Source: an uncultured Acidobacteriota bacterium
GTDB taxonomy: Bacteria; Acidobacteriota; Vicinamibacteria; Vicinamibacterales; 2-12-FULL-66-21
DNA length: 64,000 nt
Assembly: GCA_963748295.1 (NCBI GenBank)
Contig: CAVVIH010000005.1
Coordinates: forward strand, 459,500 to 523,499
Reading direction: 5' to 3'
Shown here: positions 9,588 to 18,218 of the stretch, piece after piece
Layout of the letters: each line of letters begins with the position of its first letter
Numbering within the stretch: position 1 is the first letter of the stretch
The notes under the pieces: generated by a model
What the model was told of the DNA's origin: nothing
Databases searched by the model: none
The model's input: only the letters and a program-made list of their open reading frames with translations
Translations under genes and position numbers: made by a program

Positions 9588-10349
9588 ATGGAGATACGCG
9601 TGAACGACGCCAGAACGCCGCAACCGGCCGCGCCCGTCGCCGCGGCAGCCGTGAGCAGACCACGGCGCGTCCTCGTCGTGGAAGACGAGCAGGACATCGC
9701 CGGGTTGATCAAACACGCGCTCGAGCGATCGGGTGAGGGCACCGTCGAGATCGTCAGCACCGGAGACGCGGCGCTCCGCGCGGTAACCGAGCAGCCGCCG
9801 GATCTCGTCATCCTGGATCTGAACCTGCCGGTGCTGAGCGGCACCGAGGTGTGCCGCATCCTGCGAGGACGCCCGAGCACCGCGAACATTCCCATCATCA
9901 TGCTCTCGGCGCGCACGGCCGAAACCGATCGCGTCTCGGGCCTCGACCTCGGCGCCGACGATTACGTCACGAAGCCGTTCAGCTTGCGCGAGCTTGCGGC
10001 GCGCGTCAGAGCAGTCCTCCGGCGGCGGCAGCAGGGCGACTCCGCGGCGAGCACAACGAACCTCTACACGGGAGAGCACCTCGTCGCGGACTTCGATGCC
10101 GTCGCCATCAGCGTGGACGGCACCCCCGTGCGGCTCACACGCCGCGAGTTCGAGCTGCTCAAGTTTCTCGTGGAGAACCGGAACCGCGTGCTGTCGCGGG
10201 ACCGGCTGCTGGAACGCGTGTGGGGCTACGAGCGCTTCATCGAAACGCGTTCGGTGGACGTGCACGTGGGGCGTCTGCGCGCCAAGCTGGGGCCCGCCGG
10301 GCAGCAGATCGAGACCGTGGTCGGGCTCGGTTATCGATTCATCGACTGA
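9588..10349 (+). CDS. OmpR/PhoB-family response regulator (REC plus winged-helix trans_reg_C); no adjacent histidine kinase
   Basis: The receiver domain reads RVLVVEDEQDIAGLI...DLVILDLNLPVLSG...DDYVTKPFSLRELAARV. The C-terminal domain reads LTRREFELLKFLVENRNRVLSRDRLLERVWGY...VDVHVGRLRAKL...GLGYRF. Confidence 0.9.
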   Translation: MEIRVNDARTPQPAAPVAAAAVSRPRRVLVVEDEQDIAGLIKHALERSGEGTVEIVSTGDAALRAVTEQPPDLVILDLNLPVLSGTEVCRILRGRPSTANIPIIMLSARTAETDRVSGLDLGADDYVTKPFSLRELAARVRAVLRRRQQGDSAASTTNLYTGEHLVADFDAVAISVDGTPVRLTRREFELLKFLVENRNRVLSRDRLLERVWGYERFIETRSVDVHVGRLRAKLGPAGQQIETVVGLGYRFID

Positions 10350-10359
10350 GCGCCGGGGC

Positions 10360-10593
10360 TCAGTGGGCTTCGTTCAGCGCGCCGACCGGCGACTGCCAAC
10401 CCGCGTCCTCGAGCTCCGACACCCGCCGACGGATCGCTGACAGCGCCCGCTCGACACGATGCCAGTCGGTATAGTGGACGCGCCGGACGACGTGGCTGTC
10501 CTGCTCCTCGCGGAATTCCCATCCGATGCCACCGGCTTCGGAAACGATGAACCGTCGAGTATGCCCCGCTTGAATCAGCTCTTTTGCAAACAT
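10360..10593 (-). CDS. Hypothetical small protein (77 aa)
   Basis: The ORF has coding-like composition and is convergent with the response regulator (10-nt gap). It opens onto an AT-rich divergent region. I recognise no family. Confidence 0.4.
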   Translation of the reverse strand: MFAKELIQAGHTRRFIVSEAGGIGWEFREEQDSHVVRRVHYTDWHRVERALSAIRRRVSELEDAGWQSPVGALNEAH

Positions 10594-10659
10594 CGTCCTG
10601 GTTCCGTGAAGAAGATTGCTTTGGCACCTTCTTTTTATCCCAGGACCGGGGCGCCGGCT

Positions 10660-10676
10660 GTAAATACTGTGTAAAT
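10660..10676 (+). promoter_or_regulatory. Direct repeat GTAAAT-N5-GTAAAT (11-bp phasing) in an AT-rich divergent region
   Basis: GTAAAT occurs at 10660-10665 and 10671-10676. GTTCCGTGA also occurs twice (about 10607 and 10717). The site lies between the two small divergent ORFs. Confidence 0.3.
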
Positions 10677-10787
10677 TACTCGACGGCAGATGACATAACT
10701 CACATGTTATCAGCTAGTTCCGTGATAGTCGTCGACTTATTACGTGAAGTTTATGTTGACGACATTCTGCGTTAATGGACCCGCGCC

Positions 10788-11033
10788 ATGCTCCTCAGGG
10801 GACGGGAGGCGGCCATGGAAATGCGGTTTGACGATGCGGTTCAGCTGATTCGTCTGGAGTATCTGGAAATGCCGGGTATGGCGCTCACCTACGAGCAGGC
10901 CCGCCGTTTGTGGAATCTTCCGGCCGATCTGTGTCAGCGTGCCCTGGACGATCTCCTCGTCTCGCGCTTCCTCACGCTGACGCGCCACGGCGCCTACGTC
11001 CGCTGCGACGCCGGCACCCGGCACGTCACATGA
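10788..11033 (+). CDS. Hypothetical small protein (about 70-81 aa), possibly wHTH-like
   Basis: ORF MLLRGREAAMEMRFDDAVQLIRLEYLEMPGMALTYEQARRLWNL...; the real start may be the internal MEM. The family is not recognised. Confidence 0.4.
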   Translation: MLLRGREAAMEMRFDDAVQLIRLEYLEMPGMALTYEQARRLWNLPADLCQRALDDLLVSRFLTLTRHGAYVRCDAGTRHVT

Positions 11034-12117
11034 TGCCGGCGAAGAACAACACGAGCTCGAACACCAGGATCAGGACGATCGTCAGCTCCATCAGCTGGCC
11101 GCGCGCGATGGCGACCTGCTCGACGGCAAAGCCATAGATGTCGTCGAGCGTCTCGAGCTTGTCTTCGACACTCGCCTTCCACAACCCGACGCCGAGGCGC
11201 GCCGCCACGAGCTGAACCAGCCGGGCGGCATAGATGTCGCCGATCATCTTCAGCGCGTTCTGCGTGCGGTCCGTGATCTCGTTGACGTCGATGAACAGCG
11301 CGTGCAGCTGTTGCGTCGCCTTGACGTAGCCGCCGCCGGCGATGCTGATGAAACGCTGCCGCTTCTGGAGCTGGGCGTAGATGCGCCTCAGCTCGCGCTC
11401 GAGCAGCTCGTCGTAGTAGCGGAACTCGAGCAGCTGGGAGTTCGCGAACTCGAAGATCTCCAGCGCCGCCTGGGCGCCGGCCTCAGAGTCGTAGACGAAA
11501 GCCGCGTTCCAGGTGGGGACGACGAGATCGTCGGCGAGGTACGACAGCCGGTTGCGCAGGATGTCGTCCTGTTCCTGCGGGCTGAGCGCCTGCTGTTCGC
11601 CTCGGACGAGCAAGGCGATCTCGGCGGATCGCTGGGCGAGGAGCTGCTCCGCCGTGACGTGCGTGTCGAGCGTGGTGACCGAAACGACGAGATAGTCTTC
11701 CGACAGCCAGCCCGAACGCACGGCCGCGATCGGCGACTCGAGCTTCTGCACGGCGGCCCGCACGGCCGCTTCGGCCTGCCGCTCGAGCACCTCGTTCTCG
11801 ATGTAGCGCTGCGCCTGCGCGACGAGCGCCGGCCAGTCGCCGCTGAAGGGACGGGTCAGCGCGAGCGAAACGACGCCGTAATCGAAGAACTTGAAACGGG
11901 CGCTGAAGCCGTCGACCTCCGGCACGCCGAGCGCGGCGCCATCGACGACAAGCGGCGGGACCGCGTACTGGAAATAGGAGGGCGCGCCTGACTTCGGAAC
12001 GAACCTGGCCTCGGCGGCACCGGCGCCGATCACTTTCTGCAGCAGCGACAGGTCGATCGCCTCGGCGACGTCGAAAAGGAAGAACGCGGTGAGGCTTGCG
12101 GCGGTGATCTGCGGCAA
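11026..12117 (-). CDS. DUF155/RMD1-like (YagE-type) protein with a C-terminal TM helix
   Basis: 363 aa, TTG start. It contains FKFFDYGVVSLAL and a C-terminal LMELTIVLILVFELVLFFAGIM segment resembling DUF155 architecture. The assignment is from memory of the family. Confidence 0.5.
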   Translation of the reverse strand: MPQITAASLTAFFLFDVAEAIDLSLLQKVIGAGAAEARFVPKSGAPSYFQYAVPPLVVDGAALGVPEVDGFSARFKFFDYGVVSLALTRPFSGDWPALVAQAQRYIENEVLERQAEAAVRAAVQKLESPIAAVRSGWLSEDYLVVSVTTLDTHVTAEQLLAQRSAEIALLVRGEQQALSPQEQDDILRNRLSYLADDLVVPTWNAAFVYDSEAGAQAALEIFEFANSQLLEFRYYDELLERELRRIYAQLQKRQRFISIAGGGYVKATQQLHALFIDVNEITDRTQNALKMIGDIYAARLVQLVAARLGVGLWKASVEDKLETLDDIYGFAVEQVAIARGQLMELTIVLILVFELVLFFAGIM

Positions 12118-12144
12118 CGTTATTGATTAGCATACGCCACTGAC

Positions 12145-13260
12145 GTGATCCCCATTCGAACCGTCGCCCTGCTCTTCCTGCGTCTCGGCGCCACGGCATT
12201 CGGCGGCCCCGCCGCACATATCGCGCTCCTGCACCACGAGGTGGTGGCGCGCCGCAGATGGCTGACCGACGACGAATTCGGCGAGCTGCTGGCGCTGACC
12301 AACCTGATTCCGGGACCCAATTCGACGGAGATGGCGATCCACGTCGGCCGGCGCGTCGCCGGCTGGTGGGGGTTCGTTCTCGCCGGCGTCTGTTTCATCG
12401 TCCCCGCCGCGGTGATGGTGGCATGCCTGGCGGTGCTCTACGTCCACTACGGCCGCACACCCGATGCGCGGGCGGTGATGTCGGGGGTCGCTCCGGTGAT
12501 GCTGGCGGTGATCGCGCATGCGAGCGTCACGATCGGCAGGTCGCAGTTGCGAGGGCCCTTCGCATGGCTCACGGCCATTGCCGCTGCTGGCCTCGCCATC
12601 GCCGGAATCCACGAGCTCGCGCTCCTGCTTGGCGCGGGCCTGCTGTCGGTTGCGGCGAGGCGGACGGGAGTGCTCGCCGTGCTCGCGGCGAGCGGCGGGC
12701 TCATGAGCGCGCAGGCTGCCCAACCGGTGCAGGCAGCGGTTCCACTGACCGGGCTGTCGCTGTTCTTCCTCAAGGTCGGTTCCGTGCTCTTCGGCAGCGG
12801 GTACGTGCTCGTCGCGTTCCTGCGCGCCGATCTCGTGGAACGGTGGCGCTGGCTGACCGATCAGCAGCTCGTCGACGCGATCGCGGTCGGCCAGATGACG
12901 CCGGGACCGGTGTTCACGACCGCCACGTTCATCGGCTACGTGCTGCGCGGCGCGCCGGGCGCCGTGCTCGCGACGATCGCGATCTTTCTCCCGGCGTTCA
13001 TCTTCGTCGCGCTGACGCAGCCGCTGATCCCGCGCCTGCGCGCCTCCGCCGCCGCCAGCGCGTTCCTCAACGGCGTGACCGCGGCGTCCATCGGTCTCAT
13101 CGCCGCGGTCGCGGCGATGCTCGTTCCGGTCGTGCTGACGACCGCGGCCCAGTCAATCGCCGCGCTCGCGGCGCTGCTGGCGCTGCTCAGATGGCGCATC
13201 AACCCGTCATGGCTTTTGGTGGCCGGCGCCCTCCTCGGCTGGGCGGGAGTGTTCGGGTAG
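12145..13260 (+). CDS. chrA: Chromate transporter ChrA (two CHR domains)
   Basis: FLRLGATAFGGPAAHIALLHHEVVARRRWLTDDEFGELLALTNLIPGPNS in the first half and FGSGYVLVAFLRADLVERWRWLTDQQLVDAIAVGQMTPGPV in the second half. These are the classic duplicated CHR motifs. Confidence 0.9.
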   Translation: MIPIRTVALLFLRLGATAFGGPAAHIALLHHEVVARRRWLTDDEFGELLALTNLIPGPNSTEMAIHVGRRVAGWWGFVLAGVCFIVPAAVMVACLAVLYVHYGRTPDARAVMSGVAPVMLAVIAHASVTIGRSQLRGPFAWLTAIAAAGLAIAGIHELALLLGAGLLSVAARRTGVLAVLAASGGLMSAQAAQPVQAAVPLTGLSLFFLKVGSVLFGSGYVLVAFLRADLVERWRWLTDQQLVDAIAVGQMTPGPVFTTATFIGYVLRGAPGAVLATIAIFLPAFIFVALTQPLIPRLRASAAASAFLNGVTAASIGLIAAVAAMLVPVVLTTAAQSIAALAALLALLRWRINPSWLLVAGALLGWAGVFG

Positions 13261-13314
13261 GCAGACCTGAAGGTCTGCGCTACGTGCGCTCGTAGTGCAG
13301 GCCTTCAGGCCTGC
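13261..13314. repeat. Two related REP-like hairpins: GCAGACC-TGAA-GGTCTGC and GCAGGCC-TTCA-GGCCTGC
   Basis: Perfect 7-bp stems at 13261-13278 and 13297-13314, directly after the chrA stop and before glgC. There is no T-tract. Confidence 0.6.
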
Positions 13315-13334
13315 CACGCTAAGATGGTGGACGC

Positions 13335-14591
13335 ATGAACGACGTCCTCACCCTGATCCTGGGCGGCGGCCGCGGCGCTCGCCTGTTCCCGCTCACGCAC
13401 ATGCGCTCGAAGCCGGCCGTGCCGCTCGGCGGCAAGTACCGGCTGATCGACATTCCGATCAGCAACTGTCTCCACGCGGGACTCAAGCAGATCTTCGTGC
13501 TGACGCAGTTCAACTCGGCGTCGCTCAACCGCCACGTCGCGCAGACCTACAGGCTCGACATGTTCTCCGGCGGCTTCGTCGAAGTGCTCGCCGCCGAGCA
13601 GACGCCCGAGAGCTCGGACTGGTTTCAGGGAACGGCCGATGCGGTGCGGCAGGCCGCGCGTCACTTCAGGGGCTACGACGCGGATCACTATCTGATTCTC
13701 GCGGGCGACCACCTCTACCGCATGGACTTCTGCGAGCTGATCGACTCGCACATCGAGGATGGCGCCGACATCACCATCGCGGCGCAGCCGGTGAGCCGCG
13801 CCGACGCGACCCAGATGGGCATCTTCCGCTTCGACACGCTGGGCCAGATCGCCGGCTTCGAGGAGAAGCCGAACGAGGCACGGCTCACCGAGATGGGCGG
13901 CAGCACGCCGAAAGGCGCCACCGTCGGCGCCACCGGGCCCGACAAGCCATTCGTGGCGTCGATGGGCATCTACGTGTTCTCGCGCGAGGTGCTGCTCGAT
14001 CTGCTCGAGCAGCCGGGCATCGACTTCGGCAAGGAAGTCATCCCGAAGGCGCTGAACACGATGCGGGTGAACCCGTTCATCTTCCGCGGCTACTGGGCGG
14101 ACGTCGGCACCATCGAGGCGTTCTACGACGCCAACATCCAGCTGACGCGGCGCGCGGCGCCGTTCAACTTCTTCCATCCGCGGCGGCCGATCTACACGCA
14201 CCAGCGTTTCCTGCCGCCGAGCCGCGCGCACGGCGCGCAGATCGATTCGTCGATCGTCGCCGAAGGGTGCTACCTCGATCGCTGCGAGGTGCGCGACTCG
14301 CTCGTCAGCATCCGCACGCAGATCGGCCAGGGCACGCGGGTGACGCGATCGGTGCTGCTCGGCGCCGACTTCTACGAAGAGGAGTCGGGCGCCCACGCGA
14401 CGCCGCTCGGCATCGGCCGCGACGTCGTCCTCGATCGCGTGATCGTGGACAAGAACGCGCGCATCGGCAACGGCGTGCGCCTGGTCAATGAGGCGAACGT
14501 GCGGGAGGCGGACGGCGACGGGTATTACATCCGCAACGGCATCATCATCGTTCCCAAGGGCGGCGTCATCGCGGACGGTCTGAGCGCGTAG
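13335..14591 (+). CDS. glgC: Glucose-1-phosphate adenylyltransferase
   Basis: LILGGGRGARLFPLTHMRSKPAVPLGGKYRLIDIPISNC, WFQGTADAV, plus a left-handed beta-helix C-terminus. 418 aa. Confidence 0.93.
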   Translation: MNDVLTLILGGGRGARLFPLTHMRSKPAVPLGGKYRLIDIPISNCLHAGLKQIFVLTQFNSASLNRHVAQTYRLDMFSGGFVEVLAAEQTPESSDWFQGTADAVRQAARHFRGYDADHYLILAGDHLYRMDFCELIDSHIEDGADITIAAQPVSRADATQMGIFRFDTLGQIAGFEEKPNEARLTEMGGSTPKGATVGATGPDKPFVASMGIYVFSREVLLDLLEQPGIDFGKEVIPKALNTMRVNPFIFRGYWADVGTIEAFYDANIQLTRRAAPFNFFHPRRPIYTHQRFLPPSRAHGAQIDSSIVAEGCYLDRCEVRDSLVSIRTQIGQGTRVTRSVLLGADFYEEESGAHATPLGIGRDVVLDRVIVDKNARIGNGVRLVNEANVREADGDGYYIRNGIIIVPKGGVIADGLSA

Positions 14592-14602
14592 CGCGGGTCG
14601 GG

Positions 14603-15772
14603 TTGCGATATACTCGTCGCCGCGTGCCCCGTTTCGGTCTTGTGCCGGGCCTCGCGCTCCTCGCAGCGCTGATTCCCGGGTCCCTTTCAGCTCAGACGCC
14701 CGCGGGCCCGACGTTCACCTTCGCGGGCTATCTCCAGACGCAGTACAACCGGCTGTCGGTCGGCGACACGTCCCACGATCGCGTCATCTTCCGCCGCGCG
14801 ATCGTCGGCGTCGAAGCGGAATTGAGCGATCGCTGGATGGGCGAGCTGCAGGCGGACATCGCGCCCGTCTCACTCAGCGAGCGGATCGAGATCCGCGATG
14901 CCTACCTCCGCTACACGGGACTGGCGCCTCGCGGCCTCACCTTCACGTTCGGCAATCAGAAGCTGCCCTTCGCGCGCAGCGTGCTGGTGTCGTCGGCGCG
15001 CCGCGGCTTGGTCGAGCGTCCGGTGACGGGTGAACGGGCATACGGCGCCTCCGGCCGCGCCATCGCCTTCAAGGTCGACGGCCGTGACGTCGATCACCTG
15101 CTGCTCTGGTCCGCCGCGGTCGCGTCCGTCCATCATGCGCCGACGAGCGACCAGATTCGCCTCGACGGGCTGGCGACCTCGCGCGCCGACTGGAACGAAG
15201 GGGTGATGCTGGTAGGGCGCACGGAATGGCACCCGCGCGGCTTCGTGCCGCTCGAGCAGGGCGGGTTCGAGGTGAAGAAGACCATCGCGACGATCGGCGG
15301 CGGCGCGTATTACTGGGTCAACGACGGCGACAACAACCTCTTCACCATGGACGGCGCCAGCACGTCGCAGACCGCCGCCGATCTCGATCGCGCGACCGGC
15401 CTCGAACTGAGCGGCGGCGTGCGGGCGCCGCGGCTGTCGATCGACGCGGAGCTGCATCGCATCACCGGGCGCACGATCGATCCGGCCTTCACCGGCGGTC
15501 TGTACCACGCCGGCCGCACGCGCCTGATCAAGTCCTCGATCGAAGCGGGATACATGCTGGCGCCGCCGCACCTGGAATTGCTTGGCGGCGTCGAATCGCT
15601 CGACGTCGACGCCTACGATTCCGTCTCCTGGCGTCCCGCCGCCGGCGTCAACTGGTACGTCTACCGTCACAGGCTGAAGTTCCAATTCATGCAGCGCGAG
15701 ACGCTCAACGAGCTGGGCGTCCGCGGCGCGCACGGTCACGCGACGTACGTGCAGGCGCAGATCATGTTCTGA
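14603..15772 (+). CDS. Outer-membrane beta-barrel porin, phosphate-selective OprO/OprP-like
   Basis: Has a signal peptide (LALLAALIPGSLSAQ), alternating-hydrophobic strands, and a C-terminal YVQAQIMF. It starts 11 nt after the glgC stop. The family call is tentative. Confidence 0.55.
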   Translation: MRYTRRRVPRFGLVPGLALLAALIPGSLSAQTPAGPTFTFAGYLQTQYNRLSVGDTSHDRVIFRRAIVGVEAELSDRWMGELQADIAPVSLSERIEIRDAYLRYTGLAPRGLTFTFGNQKLPFARSVLVSSARRGLVERPVTGERAYGASGRAIAFKVDGRDVDHLLLWSAAVASVHHAPTSDQIRLDGLATSRADWNEGVMLVGRTEWHPRGFVPLEQGGFEVKKTIATIGGGAYYWVNDGDNNLFTMDGASTSQTAADLDRATGLELSGGVRAPRLSIDAELHRITGRTIDPAFTGGLYHAGRTRLIKSSIEAGYMLAPPHLELLGGVESLDVDAYDSVSWRPAAGVNWYVYRHRLKFQFMQRETLNELGVRGAHGHATYVQAQIMF

Positions 15773-15856
15773 TCGCGCCGCCAACACTTTCCTCCGCTCG
15801 CTCGTCTCCCCTTTCATCACGGCGGCTGTTCGAATGTCGCAGAGGCGCACGATCTT

Positions 15857-15884
15857 CAACCGCTTTTCGACCTGCGCCGTCTAA
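15857..15884 (+). promoter_or_regulatory. Candidate ECF-sigma-type promoter CAACC-N16-CGTCTAA
   Basis: The same architecture and spacing as 16567-16594 lies upstream of the paralogous gene. The AAC -35 core and CGTC -10 core are typical of ECF promoters. Confidence 0.45.
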
Positions 15885-15930
15885 TGCCACGAAGCATGGA
15901 TGAGGGGCACTTCCGGAACGGAGGTGGCCC

Positions 15931-16483
15931 ATGTTGTTCCTGTCGGCCGCACTAGCCACGCTCGCGGCCTTTGCCACGACCGGCGCCATCACGATCAACC
16001 GCGCTCCGGTGCGGATCGTGCGCAACGGCCACACGCTGCTGACCGCCAACGATCGCCGCGTCCGCGCGCTCGCGTCCGACGTGCAGGCGCTGATCGCGCG
16101 CGGCATGGCCAAGTCGAGCACGTTCTCGCGCCTGATGGTCGACATCGACAACACCGACGTGATCGCGTACGTCGAGTTCAATGACCGGCTGCCGATGGGC
16201 ACCGCCGGCCGGCTCGTGTGGGCGGTGTCTCCACCGCAGGGCCCGCGCTACCTGCGCATTCAGATCTCTCCGGACGGCACGCTCAACCAGCAGGTCGCCG
16301 TGCTCGCCCACGAGCTGCAGCACGCCCTCGAGGTCGCGGTCGCGCCGGACGTCCGGGACGTTCAGAGCTTCGCACGCCTTTACGATCGCATCGGCACCGG
16401 CAACACCGCCAGCCCGCTGCTACGACACCGATGCGGCGCAACTCATCGGCCGCCGGGTGATGCTCGAAATCCAGGGTTCCTGA
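15931..16483 (+). CDS. Secreted HExxH-motif protein, paralog 1 (one frame slip near 16415-16421)
   Basis: Signal peptide MLFLSAALATLAAFA. Contains ...VAVLAHELQHALEVAVAPDVRD...ARLYDRIG. The C-terminus YDTDAAQLIGRRVMLEIQGS lies in the +1 frame (track ORF 16181-16483) and aligns with the paralog 2 tail. Confidence 0.6.
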
Positions 16484-16566
16484 ATCGAGGGATTCCAAAT
16501 CCGCAATCGATTGGTCCCTTCATTCATCACGCGATATGTCCTTTTGTCTCGTGCGCGCACACTTCT

Positions 16567-16594
16567 AAACCACCGCGGCACTGGGGTCGTCTAA
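16567..16594 (+). promoter_or_regulatory. Candidate ECF-sigma-type promoter AAACC-N16-CGTCTAA
   Basis: The -10 heptamer and N16 spacing are identical to 15857-15884. The duplicated leader GGATGAGGGGC..GGAGG..CCCATGTT follows. Confidence 0.45.
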
Positions 16595-16688
16595 CTGCCC
16601 GAGTCGCCGGTATGGAGGCCGGCGGCTTCGTCGATGCAGCACGTCGGACGTGAATTGGATGAGGGGCTCTCCGCGAAGGGAGGGTCCC

Positions 16689-17258
16689 ATGTTCTGCCTG
16701 ATACCTGCGCTACTCGCCGCGCTCGTCGTCGGCGTTGCGCCCGCGAGCCTGACGCCATCGCCGCGGTCGAGACCGCCGCTGCATGTCTATCGGGGCATCG
16801 CCCCCGAATACGAAGCGCTGTTGACCGCGCCCCAGCGCCGGCTGCGCGCAACAGACCCACGGATGCAGGCCTTGATCGCGGAGGGCCTCCGCCGCTCGCC
16901 GACCTTCGCGCAGCTGCTCGCCGACCTCGAGAAGACCGACCTCATTGCCTACGTCGAACGCATTCAAAACATGCCGGCGGTGATGTCGGGACGGCTGCTC
17001 TTCGTGTCGGCGTCGCCCGCGCAGCGGTACGTCCGCATTCAGTTGGGGACGGGCGGCACGAACGCGGACGCGATCGTCACGCTCGCGCACGAGCTGCAGC
17101 ACGCAATCGAGGTGGGGACGTCACCGGACGTGCGCGATCAGGAGGCGCTCGCCCGGCTGTACCAGCGGATTGGCCAGAACAGCCTGAGCGGGCATACTTA
17201 CGACACGGTCGCGGCGCAGTCTGCGGGCAAGCTGGTACGCCGGGAACTCGAGGGGTGA
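16689..17258 (+). CDS. Secreted HExxH-motif protein, paralog 2
   Basis: Starts MFCLIPALLAALVVGVAPAS. Contains ...IVTLAHELQHAIEVGTSPDVRDQEALARLYQRIG. It is collinear with paralog 1 over the whole length. I prefer the ATG at 16689, by analogy with the conserved leader/RBS of paralog 1. Confidence 0.6.
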   Translation: MFCLIPALLAALVVGVAPASLTPSPRSRPPLHVYRGIAPEYEALLTAPQRRLRATDPRMQALIAEGLRRSPTFAQLLADLEKTDLIAYVERIQNMPAVMSGRLLFVSASPAQRYVRIQLGTGGTNADAIVTLAHELQHAIEVGTSPDVRDQEALARLYQRIGQNSLSGHTYDTVAAQSAGKLVRRELEG

Positions 17259-18178
17259 GCCGGGGGCAGGCGCGACAGCCAGAACATCACTGACGGCGCC
17301 GCAAAGGCGCCGACCGCCAGCCACGCGCTCGTCCGGTCGGATTTCCGGCTCTGCACGAGCCCATGGACGATCCCACGAAGAGTGTCTCGGGATTTGGCGG
17401 CGTATTCCTCGTGCAGCCGGCGCATGTCCGAGCGAACCCACGCGAGGAGCGAGGCGTACTCTTCGGGAATCGCCCCGCTCGCGCATTCCGCTTCCACCAG
17501 ATCTGCCAGCGTCTGACGGTCGTGCAGGCTTCCGAGCTGCTGCTGAACGCTCTTGAGCGTTTTGAGCGTGCGCTTTCGATCCGGACCATCCAGCGCGAAC
17601 TCGAGCAGGTAGCGCAGCTTCTTGGCCGAGATGCGTACGGCATGCGTCCGGTTTGGAAGGTCCACGCCGCCGGCGCGCTCCACGTCATCCCACAGCTTTC
17701 GCGCGCGGGTTCCGATTCCGGCCCCGATCGCGCGCGCGCGCGCCGCCGACCGCTTGGTGAATCGGAATGGCGAGCGGAGCTCACGGACCGCGGACTCGAG
17801 ATCGTCGAGCGCCAGGCGTTCGAACTTCTTCACCAGGTCCCGTCGAGCGGCGGCCTGGCGATCCATCAGTTTCAGCCGGAGTGCCGTGATTGCCCGTGAC
17901 GCCGACGGAATCCGCAGCTCCAGCCCCTCGAGCTGCTTGACCGAAACGTCGGCGTCGCGCGCCGCGCCAAGCGCGCGACCGATTCGACGGAGCAGCGCGG
18001 ATGTCGCCTCCGTCTGCTGCTCGGGGAGCCCGGCCGTCACAACCGGCAGCAGCGCGCGCAGGCGACGCGTCGCGACGCGCGCATCGTGGACAGCTCCTCT
18101 ATTCCCTTCGCGAATGCCGGGAGCGTTACTGAGCAGTATGTCGAAGTTGGTATGAAAGGCGCGATCCAGGCTGGTCAT
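17198..18178 (-). CDS. CHAD domain protein (polyphosphate-granule-associated family)
   Basis: CHAD signatures VHDARVATRRLRALL, AVRISAKKLRYLLEF and VQQQLGSLHDRQ are present. I prefer the start at ATG 18178 (GGAG 9 nt upstream) over 18202. The 3' end overlaps the convergent HExxH paralog 2 by 61 nt, so the true stop is uncertain. Confidence 0.8.
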   Translation of the reverse strand: MTSLDRAFHTNFDILLSNAPGIREGNRGAVHDARVATRRLRALLPVVTAGLPEQQTEATSALLRRIGRALGAARDADVSVKQLEGLELRIPSASRAITALRLKLMDRQAAARRDLVKKFERLALDDLESAVRELRSPFRFTKRSAARARAIGAGIGTRARKLWDDVERAGGVDLPNRTHAVRISAKKLRYLLEFALDGPDRKRTLKTLKSVQQQLGSLHDRQTLADLVEAECASGAIPEEYASLLAWVRSDMRRLHEEYAAKSRDTLRGIVHGLVQSRKSDRTSAWLAVGAFAAPSVMFWLSRLPPAHPSSSRRTSLPADCAATVS

Positions 18179-18218
18179 CTCGATACTCCGAGTGATCAGC
18201 ATGCAAGAAGCGGGCGAC

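Noticed and set aside
10622-10638. Sigma-54 promoter TGGCAC-N5-TTTTA
   Set aside because: The -24 element is good, but the -12 element lacks the conserved GC (TTGC). No bEBP gene is nearby. I keep it only as a remark.
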